The notes beneath the pieces were generated by a model. The model was not told where the DNA came from and ran no database searches. It was given only the letters and a program-made list of their open reading frames with translations. DNA of 64,000 nucleotides from Balneolaceae bacterium (lineage in GTDB: Bacteria > Bacteroidota > Rhodothermia > Balneolales > Balneolaceae): positions 1,189 through 65,188 of the forward strand of contig JAFIES010000115.1 in assembly GCA_020832415.1 (NCBI GenBank). The letters are read 5' to 3'. Positions 55,816-64,000 of the stretch are shown piece by piece (position 1 is the first letter of the stretch; every line of letters begins with the position of its first letter). The translations under genes and the position numbers were made by a program.

Positions 55816-57711
55816 ATGAGCAAAATTCTCATTTCTTTATTTGGGGCACTACTTTTTGCCCCGGCAGTTCTGGCGCAACCGGCTCCGGCTGCAACAGATA
55901 CACTCAATCTCGATCAGATTGTTATTACGGCATCTAAAATTCCACTATCACAGCGTGAAACTACCAAGCCGGTTATCATCATCAACCGTGCAGAAATTGA
56001 AAGAAACAGCGGACGTGATATTTCGCAGATTCTCAATCAGCAGAGTGGTATTCGTGTGAATGATGCATACGGAGCACCATCAAACGGCCGTATTCTCTAC
56101 ATGCAGGGTGCCGCGGCACAGAATACTCTCATCCTGGTGGATGGTTTCCCAATCAGTGACCCATCCGGAGTTGGCGGATTGTTCGATCTAAGGCTGCTTC
56201 CTACAAATAACCTGGAGCGAATCGAGGTATTAAAAGGAAGCCAGTCCACACTTTATGGAACGGATGCCATTGCAGGTGTAGTCAACTTGATAACCCGCAG
56301 TGGGGGCGAAGAGCCGATTAGTGGAACCGGACGCCTGAGTTATGGCTCATACAATACACTCAATGGTAATTTAGGCGTGAATGGCACTGCCGGCAACAGG
56401 GTGAGATACTCGCTCCACTACAACCGTGAGACAAGCGATGGGTTTAGTGCGGCCAGAAACCCTGGAACACCTGAAACTTTTGGTGATGATGGATATGAAC
56501 TCAATGCATTTTACGGAAAAACAGATTTCTTGATTACTGAGAATCTGACAGTATCGCCATTTTTGAATTATTCAAGCAATAAAGGTGATTATGATGCCGG
56601 TTCCTTCGAGGATGCTGATAATTTCTACACACTTGAAATGCTCAATCCCGGTCTTCAGGCTCAATATGCAAATGGCTCATTTCGCCTGAATGCCGGTTAC
56701 AATTATACGAGAACAGCCCGATCTTTTGAGTCTCAGTTTGGAATGAATGAATTTGAAGGGCGTTTTCACAATGCAGATATATTCGGTAATTATCAGTTTG
56801 GTGACTACGTGCAGATGCTTGCGGGGTTCAATTTTCAGGAGTTTTCCATTCCCGGCAATGAAGATATCGCAGAACGCGATGCAAGCATTATAAGTCCCTA
56901 TTCAACACTTTACCTTAAAAATCTTCGCGGATTCAGTGCTGAACTGGGCTACCGCCTCAACAACCATTCTGAATATGGAAACAACTCCACGTTCAGTTTT
57001 TCACCATCATTTAATGTTGTTGAGAATGTGAAGGTTTATGGATCAATCAGTACCGGGTTTAAAGCACCAACTCTGGATGAACTCTTCGGGCCGTTTGGTG
57101 CCAATCCGGAACTTGATCCTCAGAGAAGTCTCTATGTCAATGCCGGTATAGAAGCGTACCTGATCGATCAGTCTTTAAAATTATCCGCTCAGTATTTCAA
57201 CCGGGAGATTGATGACCTTATCATATTCTCTACTCAGGGGTATATCAACCGCGACAAACAGAATGATTACGGAATCGAGCTCACGGCAGACTGGATTGTT
57301 AGCAGCAGGGTACAAACAGGATTTTGGTATAATTTTGTTGATGGAGAAATTACCACCATTGGTGACGATGGAAGCCAATTAACACAGGGAAACCTGATCA
57401 GAAGGCCAAAACACAGCACGGGAATACAGGCAGGTGTTGCAGTAACCGATCAGTTTTATATTCGTGTTGATGGGGAGTATAACGGGGAAAGACAGGATCT
57501 TTTCTTCAATCCGGCGAATAATTTTGCACAGGAAGATATTACTCTGGATGCTTACACACTGGTAAATCTGTATGCTGAGTATAAGCTCAAAAATAATCGT
57601 TTTACCCTGTTTGGCGATGTAAAAAATCTGTTCAATACAGACTTTACTGAGGTATATGGATTTAATACCACGGGAATTGCCATCAAAGGCGGACTGCGAT
57701 TTTCAATCTAA
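55816..57711 (+). CDS. btuB: TonB-dependent vitamin B12/corrinoid receptor
   Basis: It has a signal peptide, a TonB-box-like DQIVITASK and the plug block ERIEVLKGSQSTLYGTDAIAGVVNLITR. The size (631 aa) fits, and a B12 riboswitch lies directly upstream. Confidence 0.88.
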   Translation: MSKILISLFGALLFAPAVLAQPAPAATDTLNLDQIVITASKIPLSQRETTKPVIIINRAEIERNSGRDISQILNQQSGIRVNDAYGAPSNGRILYMQGAAAQNTLILVDGFPISDPSGVGGLFDLRLLPTNNLERIEVLKGSQSTLYGTDAIAGVVNLITRSGGEEPISGTGRLSYGSYNTLNGNLGVNGTAGNRVRYSLHYNRETSDGFSAARNPGTPETFGDDGYELNAFYGKTDFLITENLTVSPFLNYSSNKGDYDAGSFEDADNFYTLEMLNPGLQAQYANGSFRLNAGYNYTRTARSFESQFGMNEFEGRFHNADIFGNYQFGDYVQMLAGFNFQEFSIPGNEDIAERDASIISPYSTLYLKNLRGFSAELGYRLNNHSEYGNNSTFSFSPSFNVVENVKVYGSISTGFKAPTLDELFGPFGANPELDPQRSLYVNAGIEAYLIDQSLKLSAQYFNREIDDLIIFSTQGYINRDKQNDYGIELTADWIVSSRVQTGFWYNFVDGEITTIGDDGSQLTQGNLIRRPKHSTGIQAGVAVTDQFYIRVDGEYNGERQDLFFNPANNFAQEDITLDAYTLVNLYAEYKLKNNRFTLFGDVKNLFNTDFTEVYGFNTTGIAIKGGLRFSI

Positions 57712-57759
57712 AAATCCTTTCGGTTTTGATTACGACATCGGGATCTGAACCCAGAAAAC

Positions 57760-58458
57760 ATGAAGCATAAAACTGTATTTCACTGGAGCGGGGGCAAAGA
57801 CAGCTCTCTTGCCCTGCTCCGTTTGCTCCGGCACAAGTCATACTCTGTTGAACGGCTGCTCACCACAGTGGATCAAAACAGCAGAAGGATCGCTATGCAT
57901 GGAGTGAGGGAAGAGCTGCTTCATGTACAGGCGGAAAGTATTGGAATTCCACTTACCATACTTCAGATGCCGGATCAACCCGATATGGAAACATACAATA
58001 AGCGGATGGGCGAGCAGATGCAATCGTTCAGAGAGCAGGGGTTTACTCATGCTGCATTTGGTGATATTTATCTTGAAGATTTAAAACAATACCGGGAAAA
58101 CGAGATGAAAAAAGCCGGTTTTAAATCGGTTTTCCCTATCTGGAAGGAAGATACAAAGCAGCTTGCAAGCCAGTTTACTGAGTCCGGTTTCAGCGCAATT
58201 ACCGTATGTGTAGATTCTGCCGCGCTGCCCCGGGAATTTGCCGGCAGGGAAGCGGACCGGCATTTCTTCGAGAACCTGCCTGTCGAAACAGATCCATGCG
58301 GAGAGAATGGGGAGTTCCATACATTCGTGTATGAAGGCCCCATCTTTCAAAAAAAGATCCCGTTTAAAAAAAAAGCTGTAACGTATAAGAAAATTGAGGG
58401 GCCAAACTCCTCTGAAATGGGATTTTGGTATTGCGATCTGTTGCCGGTATGTAATTAA
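57760..58458 (+). CDS. PP-loop ATP pyrophosphatase of the Dph6/MJ0570 (DUF71) type
   Basis: The PP-loop is HWSGGKDSSLAL. Further blocks are AFGDIYLEDLKQYRE, PIWK and CGENGEFHTFVYEGPIF. It lies 48 nt downstream of btuB on the same strand. Confidence 0.78.
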   Translation: MKHKTVFHWSGGKDSSLALLRLLRHKSYSVERLLTTVDQNSRRIAMHGVREELLHVQAESIGIPLTILQMPDQPDMETYNKRMGEQMQSFREQGFTHAAFGDIYLEDLKQYRENEMKKAGFKSVFPIWKEDTKQLASQFTESGFSAITVCVDSAALPREFAGREADRHFFENLPVETDPCGENGEFHTFVYEGPIFQKKIPFKKKAVTYKKIEGPNSSEMGFWYCDLLPVCN

Positions 58459-58480
58459 TCTTTTACATAGAAAAAAAGAA

Positions 58481-58927
58481 TTACATCAGTCTTTGATCAA
58501 ATGTGAAAGGCAGCTTTTTACGGATCTCAACCCGCTTAAAATCGGGGTGGTTCGGGTTGATAAGAATATTATATTCATCCCGAATGATAGATGATGGTAC
58601 CCGAAGCAGGAGAGAAGATGTACTCGCCGCCCAGCTATCACCCTTGGCCCGACATATCTGGTAATTGGATATGTGATGCCAGTTGTACGGTAATTCATCC
58701 GAACGGATAATCTTCAAAGAGCTGCTATCCGGAATTGATATTTCAATTAATTGAAATTGGTGATTCAGTCCTTCACCTGATCGGTGAACCAGATTTTCAA
58801 GGCAAGCCAGTGCCCGTGATTCTGCAGTGTAGAGAACATGAACTCCTTTTGAGTTCCATCTTGCAGGGTACCCCGATCCTGAAAGAGAATCTGCCCATTT
58901 GGAAAGTGTTATGCGGTAAACAATCAT
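58481..58927 (-). CDS. RES-domain toxin (NAD+-degrading MbcT/ParT-like family)
   Basis: The Arg-Glu-Ser signature is present: YPARWNSKGVHVLYTAESRALACLENLVH ... LLRVPSSII. Its start abuts the upstream antitoxin gene. Confidence 0.88.
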   Translation of the reverse strand: MIVYRITLSKWADSLSGSGYPARWNSKGVHVLYTAESRALACLENLVHRSGEGLNHQFQLIEISIPDSSSLKIIRSDELPYNWHHISNYQICRAKGDSWAASTSSLLLRVPSSIIRDEYNILINPNHPDFKRVEIRKKLPFTFDQRLM

Positions 58928-59377
58928 TTAGGCCAGCGTACCATATTCAATACTCTGCAACTCTTCATAGATCAGATCGATGCCGCCGGACGTTTGCATG
59001 AGATTGAGGGGTGTATGGCCGCCAAGGCCATGAGCCGGTTTTCTGAGCCACCGATCGAAAGAGAAGATTTCACCGAAAACCTCTTCTCCTTTTTGATAGA
59101 GTGTAATCATTTTGAGAATCTGCTCGCTGTTTAATGCGTTGAGATTTTTTTCTTCTTTCTGATATCGCTGAATGGTTTTAAATGAGACATCGAGCAGATT
59201 GGATAACTCTTCTTTTGAAAGGCCCGATACGGCAAGAAGATCGAAGAAGGCGGTGACAGATACCCCATTCTGAGCCTCGTTCACCAGGTTGAAACTATTC
59301 TCTTGCGATGCATTGTATTTAATGGCAACATCGTTTACCTCTGCAGGGTGTTGGGTATTTTTATAGCGTGTTGACAT
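58928..59377 (-). CDS. Xre-like HTH plus DUF2384 (MbcA/ParS-type) antitoxin
   Basis: The C-terminus reads FDRWLRKPAHGLGGHTPLNLMQTSGGIDLIYEELQSIEYG. The HTH region is LSKEELSNLLDVSFKTIQRYQK. Its stop is contiguous with the RES gene start. Confidence 0.85.
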   Translation of the reverse strand: MSTRYKNTQHPAEVNDVAIKYNASQENSFNLVNEAQNGVSVTAFFDLLAVSGLSKEELSNLLDVSFKTIQRYQKEEKNLNALNSEQILKMITLYQKGEEVFGEIFSFDRWLRKPAHGLGGHTPLNLMQTSGGIDLIYEELQSIEYGTLA

Positions 59378-59396
59378 AACCTATCCATACTTTAGT

Positions 59397-59423
59397 ATTT
59401 TGTCTTCGAAATATAGACAAAAT
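59397..59423. promoter_or_regulatory. Palindrome upstream of the antitoxin, candidate toxin-antitoxin operator
   Basis: ATTTTGTCT-N9-AGACAAAAT has perfect 9-bp arms. It lies 20 nt upstream of the antitoxin start codon. Confidence 0.45.
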
Positions 59424-59521
59424 TCTCAAGGTTTAAAAATTTTGCTTCTAATCTCTCGGATTATTTGCCAATTGTTTTCTATTATATACCTATAGGTCTA
59501 AAATAAAAGAGGGAGTTTCCC

Positions 59522-60991
59522 ATGTCAGATGAATCAATCAGGGGGTACTTTTCAAGGCCCCGTATTGGGCTTTTTGCAGGCCCGCTCGTCTTTGCTACTA
59601 TGCTGCTCATCCCAACGCCAGAAGCCCTTACTCCCGAAGCTTGGGGAGTGGCTGCCGTAGGTATATTAATGGCCATTTGGTGGGTATCGGAAGCAATTCC
59701 TATCCCGGCAACAGCACTTCTGCCCATTGTTATGTTTCCGGTTTTGCAGGTGGGAACTATTGCAGAAGCAACCCAGCCGTTTGCCAACCCGCTTATCTAT
59801 CTCTTTATGGGTGGTTTTATCATTGCACTGGCCATGGAGCGTACCAATCTCCATAAACGGATCGCCCTGAATATTGTACTTCTCGTGGGTACAAAACCAA
59901 AATCCATTATTATTGGATTTATGATTTCAGCAGCGTTTCTAAGCATGTGGGTAAGCAATACAGCCACAGCAATGATGATGCTCCCGATAGCTCTCTCCAT
60001 TATTGGCCTGGTTGAATCGGATGAAAGCATGGACAAAGCCGAGCTGGAGACCAACTTTGCTGTTGTGATGCTACTTGGCCTTGCATATTCGTGTAATATC
60101 GGGGGAATAGCCACACTCATCGGCACGCCTCCAAATGCATTAATGGCCGGTTACATGTTCGAAACATATGGTGTGGATATTGGGTTTGGCCAGTGGATGA
60201 TGGTAGGCCTGCCGCTTGTGATCATATCACTGCCGCTTGTTTACTTCCTCCTCACACGGGTTGTCTTCCCGATTAAACTGAAGATTATTCCGGGAGGATA
60301 TGGGCTCATCAAAGATCAGCTTGAGAAATCAGGAAAAATGTCAAGTCAGGAGAAAATGGTAGGAGTTGTATTTTTGATGACAGCCACTCTATGGGTTACC
60401 CGACCGCTGCTCGAACCATATATCCCGAACATCTCTGATACCGGAATCGCTATATTTGGTGCCTTTCTGATGTTCCTGCTACCGGTAAATTTCAAAAAAT
60501 TTGAGTTTGTACTTACCTGGGATGATGCCAAACAGCTGCCTTGGGAAGTGTTGATTCTTTTTGGTGGGGGATTAAGTCTTGCAGCCGCCATTACATCAAC
60601 CGGTTTGGCAACGTGGATTGGTAATTCTCTTCAGGTGCTGGAATTTTTACACATCATCCTTCTGATTCTGCTCTCACTCTTTGTGATCATTTTCCTCACT
60701 GAGGTAACAAGTAATACAGCAACCGCAGCGGCATTTTTACCAATTCTTGCATCTGTATCCATCGCAATGGGATACGATCCGCTGTTGCTGGTAATTCCTG
60801 CAGCCATAGGTGCAAGCTGTGCATTTATGCTGCCTGTAGCCACACCGCCCAATGCTATTGTTTTTGGTAGCGGATTGGTAAGTATACCTCAAATGGCACG
60901 GGCCGGATTTATATTCAACATCGCCATGGTTTTCGTGATTACAATAGTGCTCTATCTGATGATTGGGATGGTATTTGGAGTAGTGATTTAA
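59522..60991 (+). CDS. DASS/SLC13-family Na+-coupled anion (di/tricarboxylate or sulfate) symporter
   Basis: Both hairpin-tip motifs are present (WVSNTATAMMMLPI and TEVTSNTATAAAFLPI), together with PVATPPNAIVF. It has about 12-14 TM segments. Confidence 0.9.
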   Translation: MSDESIRGYFSRPRIGLFAGPLVFATMLLIPTPEALTPEAWGVAAVGILMAIWWVSEAIPIPATALLPIVMFPVLQVGTIAEATQPFANPLIYLFMGGFIIALAMERTNLHKRIALNIVLLVGTKPKSIIIGFMISAAFLSMWVSNTATAMMMLPIALSIIGLVESDESMDKAELETNFAVVMLLGLAYSCNIGGIATLIGTPPNALMAGYMFETYGVDIGFGQWMMVGLPLVIISLPLVYFLLTRVVFPIKLKIIPGGYGLIKDQLEKSGKMSSQEKMVGVVFLMTATLWVTRPLLEPYIPNISDTGIAIFGAFLMFLLPVNFKKFEFVLTWDDAKQLPWEVLILFGGGLSLAAAITSTGLATWIGNSLQVLEFLHIILLILLSLFVIIFLTEVTSNTATAAAFLPILASVSIAMGYDPLLLVIPAAIGASCAFMLPVATPPNAIVFGSGLVSIPQMARAGFIFNIAMVFVITIVLYLMIGMVFGVVI

Positions 60992-61139
60992 TTCACCGTT
61001 AAATAGGATCACAAACGAGGATAAAGGCCCCCAATGATTTGGGGGTACTCATAGTACATCTTCCTCACAAATATTGGCCGTGCTGGTTACACTTTTTCAA
61101 TCCGTTCTATGATCCTGAAAAGGCTTGGTATTAAACTTC

Positions 61140-61196
61140 AAGTGGCAGGAGCACGGTACATCTACCCTACTGATATATCGGCCGTGCCTATGGCAC
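61140..61196 (+). repeat. 57-nt repeat unit U, copy a
   Basis: aagtggcaggagcacggtacatctaccctactgatatatcggccgtgcctatggcac closely matches 62340-62396. Its 3' half, ...actgatatatcggccgtgcc...ggcac, is almost identical. Confidence 0.8.
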
Positions 61197-61283
61197 CGAT
61201 CCTTGGGTGAAATTGTTAATGTGGAATTGTAGAATTTTTTTAAGAATCAGGGATTTAGTCTCTTAAGAATAAAAAAATTACTT

Positions 61284-61478
61284 TCAGGCAACTTCGTATA
61301 GCAGGCTGCCGGGGTTCTTAGTGCGTTTTGATGCATCCAGGAGCTCTATCCCCACAACATTACCAGACTCATCATAATCTATAATGATACCCGGCTTATC
61401 TTCATCGCTTTCAACAACTTCCTCATCCGAAAATTTCAGATACATTGCATCTGCTGCTTGATCATACTTAATATTCAT
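61284..61478 (-). CDS. DUF2283-family small protein (putative antitoxin-like partner)
   Basis: MNIKYDQAADAMYLKFSDEEVVESDEDKPGIIIDYDESGNVVGIELLDASK matches the DUF2283 pattern. It overlaps the upstream gene by 11 nt. Confidence 0.78.
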   Translation of the reverse strand: MNIKYDQAADAMYLKFSDEEVVESDEDKPGIIIDYDESGNVVGIELLDASKRTKNPGSLLYEVA

Positions 61479-61731
61479 ACTTATCCAGTTTAGAGGTTTT
61501 ATAGGCAGTTATTATAAGCATAGGTTTTTTGCATCTATTCACAAAAACACGTAAAAGTAACCTATTATTGTTTTGAGTGAATACTTTTTGGTAGATACGT
61601 TTACAATCCGATTCATTGATTACCCGATCATGATTTTGAATCGCATCAATAATTTCTTCTTGACGAATACCTCTTGCAGCACATCGTGCAGTTGCATGGT
61701 TAGAAAACTCAAGATTATCGTGTTCATTCAT
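61468..61731 (-). CDS. DUF4258-family small protein (putative toxin-like partner)
   Basis: FSNHATARCAARGIRQEEIIDAIQN fits the DUF4258 core (H..R...RGI). It is 87 aa and paired with the DUF2283 gene. Confidence 0.72.
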   Translation of the reverse strand: MNEHDNLEFSNHATARCAARGIRQEEIIDAIQNHDRVINESDCKRIYQKVFTQNNNRLLLRVFVNRCKKPMLIITAYKTSKLDKYEY

Positions 61732-61941
61732 TGCTGTAAATTAACAAAAACACTGAAACTTGTAACAGACAAATCAGCCATGTATATCAAAAAAGGTATT
61801 TCTGCTTTTGCCATACAATCAGGAATTGATACTTCAATATATAGTATGTTTCCTCTAGTAGAAGAACTATAGTACATATACATTGAAATTCGGGCATGTC
61901 TAAAGACACTTCTTCAGCAGCAAATCTTTAAGCAATTCGCA

Positions 61942-62256
61942 AAGTGGCAGAGCCACGACTTATGTTGTAACAGCGGGATTCATCCCGCTGGATAGATGAC
62001 AACTCGAAGTACCTGAGTGGCAGCTCCATAGTGCATCTACACGCAAATATCGGGAGGGCTTAAATACCCTTAATCAGCCAGAAATAAGACCCTGAAAGGG
62101 TCTATGAACATAGCCCGGGGCATCGCCCCAGGTAAACGCACAGATGAAGAAATACCATCGGCCCTCATCCAATTACAGCACAAAGCACATTCCGATGGTT
62201 GTTCTCCGGACAGAATCACCGCCCAGTCAACCCCTGACTGGTTCACATATACCACC
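61942..62256 (+). repeat. About 315-nt mosaic repeat, copy A
   Basis: It aligns along its whole length with 62533-62848. It carries a chain of short palindromes: gtggcagagccac, cagcgggattcatcccgctg, gaccctgaaagggtc, cccggggcatcgcccc and accatcgg...ccgatggt. Confidence 0.85.
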
Positions 62257-62339
62257 CCTCGATTTCAATTGGAACGTTGATAACATCTGTTGCCTCGAGC
62301 TGTGATGTGTGACCCTTTCAGGGTCTGGTATAAACCCCC

Positions 62340-62396
62340 AACTGGCAGAAGTACGATACATCTCCCTCACTGATATATCGGCCGTGCCGAGGGCAC
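62340..62396 (+). repeat. 57-nt repeat unit U, copy b
   Basis: aactggcagaagtacgatacatctccctcactgatatatcggccgtgccgagggcac pairs with copy a at 61140-61196. Confidence 0.8.
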
Positions 62397-62532
62397 TTTT
62401 TTTTGAGGTGGTGATCACGGCAAACCACAGATTAAAATCTGTGGTTACAACATCCGGCGTGCCTAACGGCACTTAATCAGTGGCAAACTTTTGGGTGAAA
62501 TTGTGACCCTTTCAGGTTCTGATTTTATATAC

Positions 62533-62848
62533 AAGTGGCAGAGCCACGACCAATCTTGTAACAGCGGGATTCATCCCGCTGCTTAAGAACCCACTCAAAG
62601 TCTCTGAGTGGCAGCGCCACGATACATCTGCCCTGAAATATCGGTTGGGCATAAATACCCTAATCAACCAGAATTAAGACCCTGAAAAGGTCAAAAAACA
62701 TAGCCCGGGGCACCGCCCCGGGAATAGGATAGGCAAAAAAATACCATCGGTCCTTCAATCAGTTACAGGATATACCCCATTCCGATGGTTGTTCTCCGGA
62801 TGAAATCAACGCAAAGTTAACCCCTGAGCAGCTCACAAATACTACTCC
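62533..62848 (+). repeat. About 315-nt mosaic repeat, copy B
   Basis: It is a direct repeat of 61942-62256, roughly three quarters identical by eye. The palindromic stems are better conserved than the intervening segments. It ends 5 nt before the GntR stop codon. Confidence 0.85.
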
Positions 62849-62853
62849 ACAGA

Positions 62854-63207
62854 TCAGGGCAGACCCAGCTTTTTGATCTCATCAAACGTATAACCAAGCC
62901 GTTTCATCGAGTTGATGAAAACGGGAAGATCATTTTCTATAAACTCCTTCCGCTTCAGTTCAAGAACAGTTTGATAGGCATCATCGGCAATGAAATGGCC
63001 AATTCCACGCTTATTCACCAGGATACCTTTCTCCTGCAGCAGCTGAAATGCCCTCATGGCAGTATTCGGGTTCACTTCCATTTTTACGGCAATTTCCCGC
63101 ACGGAGGGAATCCGATCTTCGGGAGTCCACTTTTTTTCCAGAATCTGGTTGCAGAAATAGTTCGAAATCTGCTGATAGATCGGTTGATTATCTGAGAAGT
63201 TCATCAC
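62854..63207 (-). CDS. GntR-family transcriptional regulator, short YtrA-like subtype
   Basis: The winged HTH reads PIYQQISNYFCNQILEKKWTPEDRIPSVREIAVKMEVNPNTAMRAFQLLQEKGILVNKRGIGHFI. The 117-aa length is typical of YtrA. Confidence 0.88.
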   Translation of the reverse strand: MMNFSDNQPIYQQISNYFCNQILEKKWTPEDRIPSVREIAVKMEVNPNTAMRAFQLLQEKGILVNKRGIGHFIADDAYQTVLELKRKEFIENDLPVFINSMKRLGYTFDEIKKLGLP

Positions 63208-63983
63208 GCAACCTGTTTTCGTTTCAGTTGCAGGTACGTTAAGAGAAGCATCACAAGTGTAAAGAGTACACTGTAGATGAACTGTAACGTCTCGGATATG
63301 AGCCCGCTAATGCCATCAAAATGCATACTGAAATTCACTTCACCTTCGTAGGAGAGGCCAAGGATCAGCATAATTGTGGCAAATGTTATCAACAGGCCGA
63401 TCACAATGACGATGTAGGCCAAAACGGTCTTCAAAAAATTGTTCTTTCTGAAGTAGATAGCCCCGAACATGAATATGCTTTGATAGACAAAGTAGCTCAT
63501 GATGGTCTCAATCACATCGCCCGAGATTGGGTTGAAAAGAGCGAAACCGCCCCAGTTTCCGGTAATGAGTGCTGACAAAGTTTCCACACTGAAACTGAGC
63601 AACACAATAGACAGCATGGCAAAAATAGTGTATGCCACGGTTGTAACAACCCATGCCGAAAAGAACTTCTCGAAATTTGTGGCCGGCAAAGTTAGAAACT
63701 GGTAGCAGGTGTTGGGAGAGTGTACTTCATGGAAAATCCGGCTTGTAATGGCCAGCCCACCGAGAGTATAAGCAAATATAGCAGGCCCCTGGAGCAGTGC
63801 ACTGAAGGCAGGCACTGTATCACCAGATGTGATAATAACAGGAACAAGCCAAAGTGTGAATAAAATACCTGCAATACCCAACAGGCCAACCAGCCAGTTT
63901 TTCTGGTTTAGTAAAAAGAACCGGTTGGAGAGATGCCGAACCCTGCTAAGTGAGAATGCCGAAACGGTTTGTGATTGATTCAT
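63204..63983 (-). CDS. Integral membrane protein of the YtrA-type operon (ABC-2-permease-like)
   Basis: It has about six TM segments. Its stop overlaps the GntR start (4 nt) and its start overlaps the stop of an upstream ORF (ATGA). Confidence 0.65.
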   Translation of the reverse strand: MNQSQTVSAFSLSRVRHLSNRFFLLNQKNWLVGLLGIAGILFTLWLVPVIITSGDTVPAFSALLQGPAIFAYTLGGLAITSRIFHEVHSPNTCYQFLTLPATNFEKFFSAWVVTTVAYTIFAMLSIVLLSFSVETLSALITGNWGGFALFNPISGDVIETIMSYFVYQSIFMFGAIYFRKNNFLKTVLAYIVIVIGLLITFATIMLILGLSYEGEVNFSMHFDGISGLISETLQFIYSVLFTLVMLLLTYLQLKRKQVA

Positions 63984-64000
63984 ATCAGGCCTCCTTTTCG
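63980..64000 (-). CDS. 3' end of an upstream ORF running off the window. No function can be called from 6 codons.
   Basis: The minus-strand frame reads ...RKGGLI-stop, with the TGA at 63982-63980 overlapping the next ATG. An ABC ATPase would be expected only by operon analogy. Confidence 0.3.
   Translation of the reverse strand, partial: RKGGLI

Noticed and set aside
61191-61207. TGGCAC-N5-CTTGG resembling a sigma-54 -24/-12 promoter
   Set aside because: The -12 element has GG instead of the required GC. The TGGCAC is simply part of the GTGCC...GGCAC repeat hairpin.
61942-62848. Possibility that the repeat region is a CRISPR array
   Set aside because: The repeats are about 315 nt, occur only twice and are imperfect. 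The short units are not evenly spaced with unique spacers. No cas genes are in the window.

Overview
This is a chromosomal window from a Bacteroidota-type genome. The assignment rests on two SusC/SusD pairs, four TonB-dependent transporters and lipoprotein or T9SS-like exported proteins; many acidic proteins hint at a halophile, but I cannot name the taxon from sequence alone. Coding density is high.

In order, the window contains:
- 1-1986: a partial GT4 glycosyltransferase that runs off the 5' edge. The ORF track lacks it because there is no in-window stop.
- 2.6-3.7 kb: small envelope proteins.
- 4-13 kb: a GH2 hydrolase convergent on a SusC/SusD plus M14 peptidase locus.
- 14-18 kb: GGCT-like, Tat-exported Gfo/Idh/MocA, DinB and two exported hypothetical proteins.
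- 18.4-24.4 kb: a second SusC/SusD pair plus an alpha/beta hydrolase.
- 24.4-27.2 kb: glyQS and asd.
- 28.1-36.1 kb: an 8 kb gene for a 2673-aa secreted protein with seven lamin-tail-domain (LTD) modules.
- 36.1-43.8 kb: a leaderless GGT-like enzyme, a SirB1-like protein and a three-gene operon. The operon is two tandem GCS2-type ligases, each fused to a CBS pair, plus an AstE/AspA-family deacylase.
- 43.9-44.6 kb: scpB.
- 45.1-52.2 kb: a candidate metal-homeostasis island. It holds a 32-bp palindrome, a MerC-like protein, an RHH/zinc-ribbon protein, two paralogous CxxC...RAPP mini-proteins, a COG0523 GTPase, an exported Fe/Mn SOD coupled to a flavoprotein, and a TonB-dependent receptor.
- 52.7-55.4 kb: selO, then an orphan acidic gene bracketed by three copies of a roughly 80-110 nt long-stem hairpin repeat.
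- 55.5-58.5 kb: a cobalamin riboswitch, btuB and a PP-loop ATPase.
- 58.5-61.0 kb: a RES/Xre toxin-antitoxin pair and a DASS symporter.
- 61.0-62.85 kb: a roughly 1.8 kb non-coding mosaic of palindromic repeat units enclosing a DUF4258/DUF2283 pair.
- 62.85-64.0 kb: a YtrA-type GntR operon running off the 3' edge.

I saw no rRNA, tRNA, CRISPR array, transposase or integrase. The best candidates for undescribed biology are the GCS2-CBS x2 / AstE operon, the metal island with its mini-proteins and operator-like palindrome, the seven-LTD giant protein and the two local repeat families. All functional calls come from motif recognition by eye, not from database searches.
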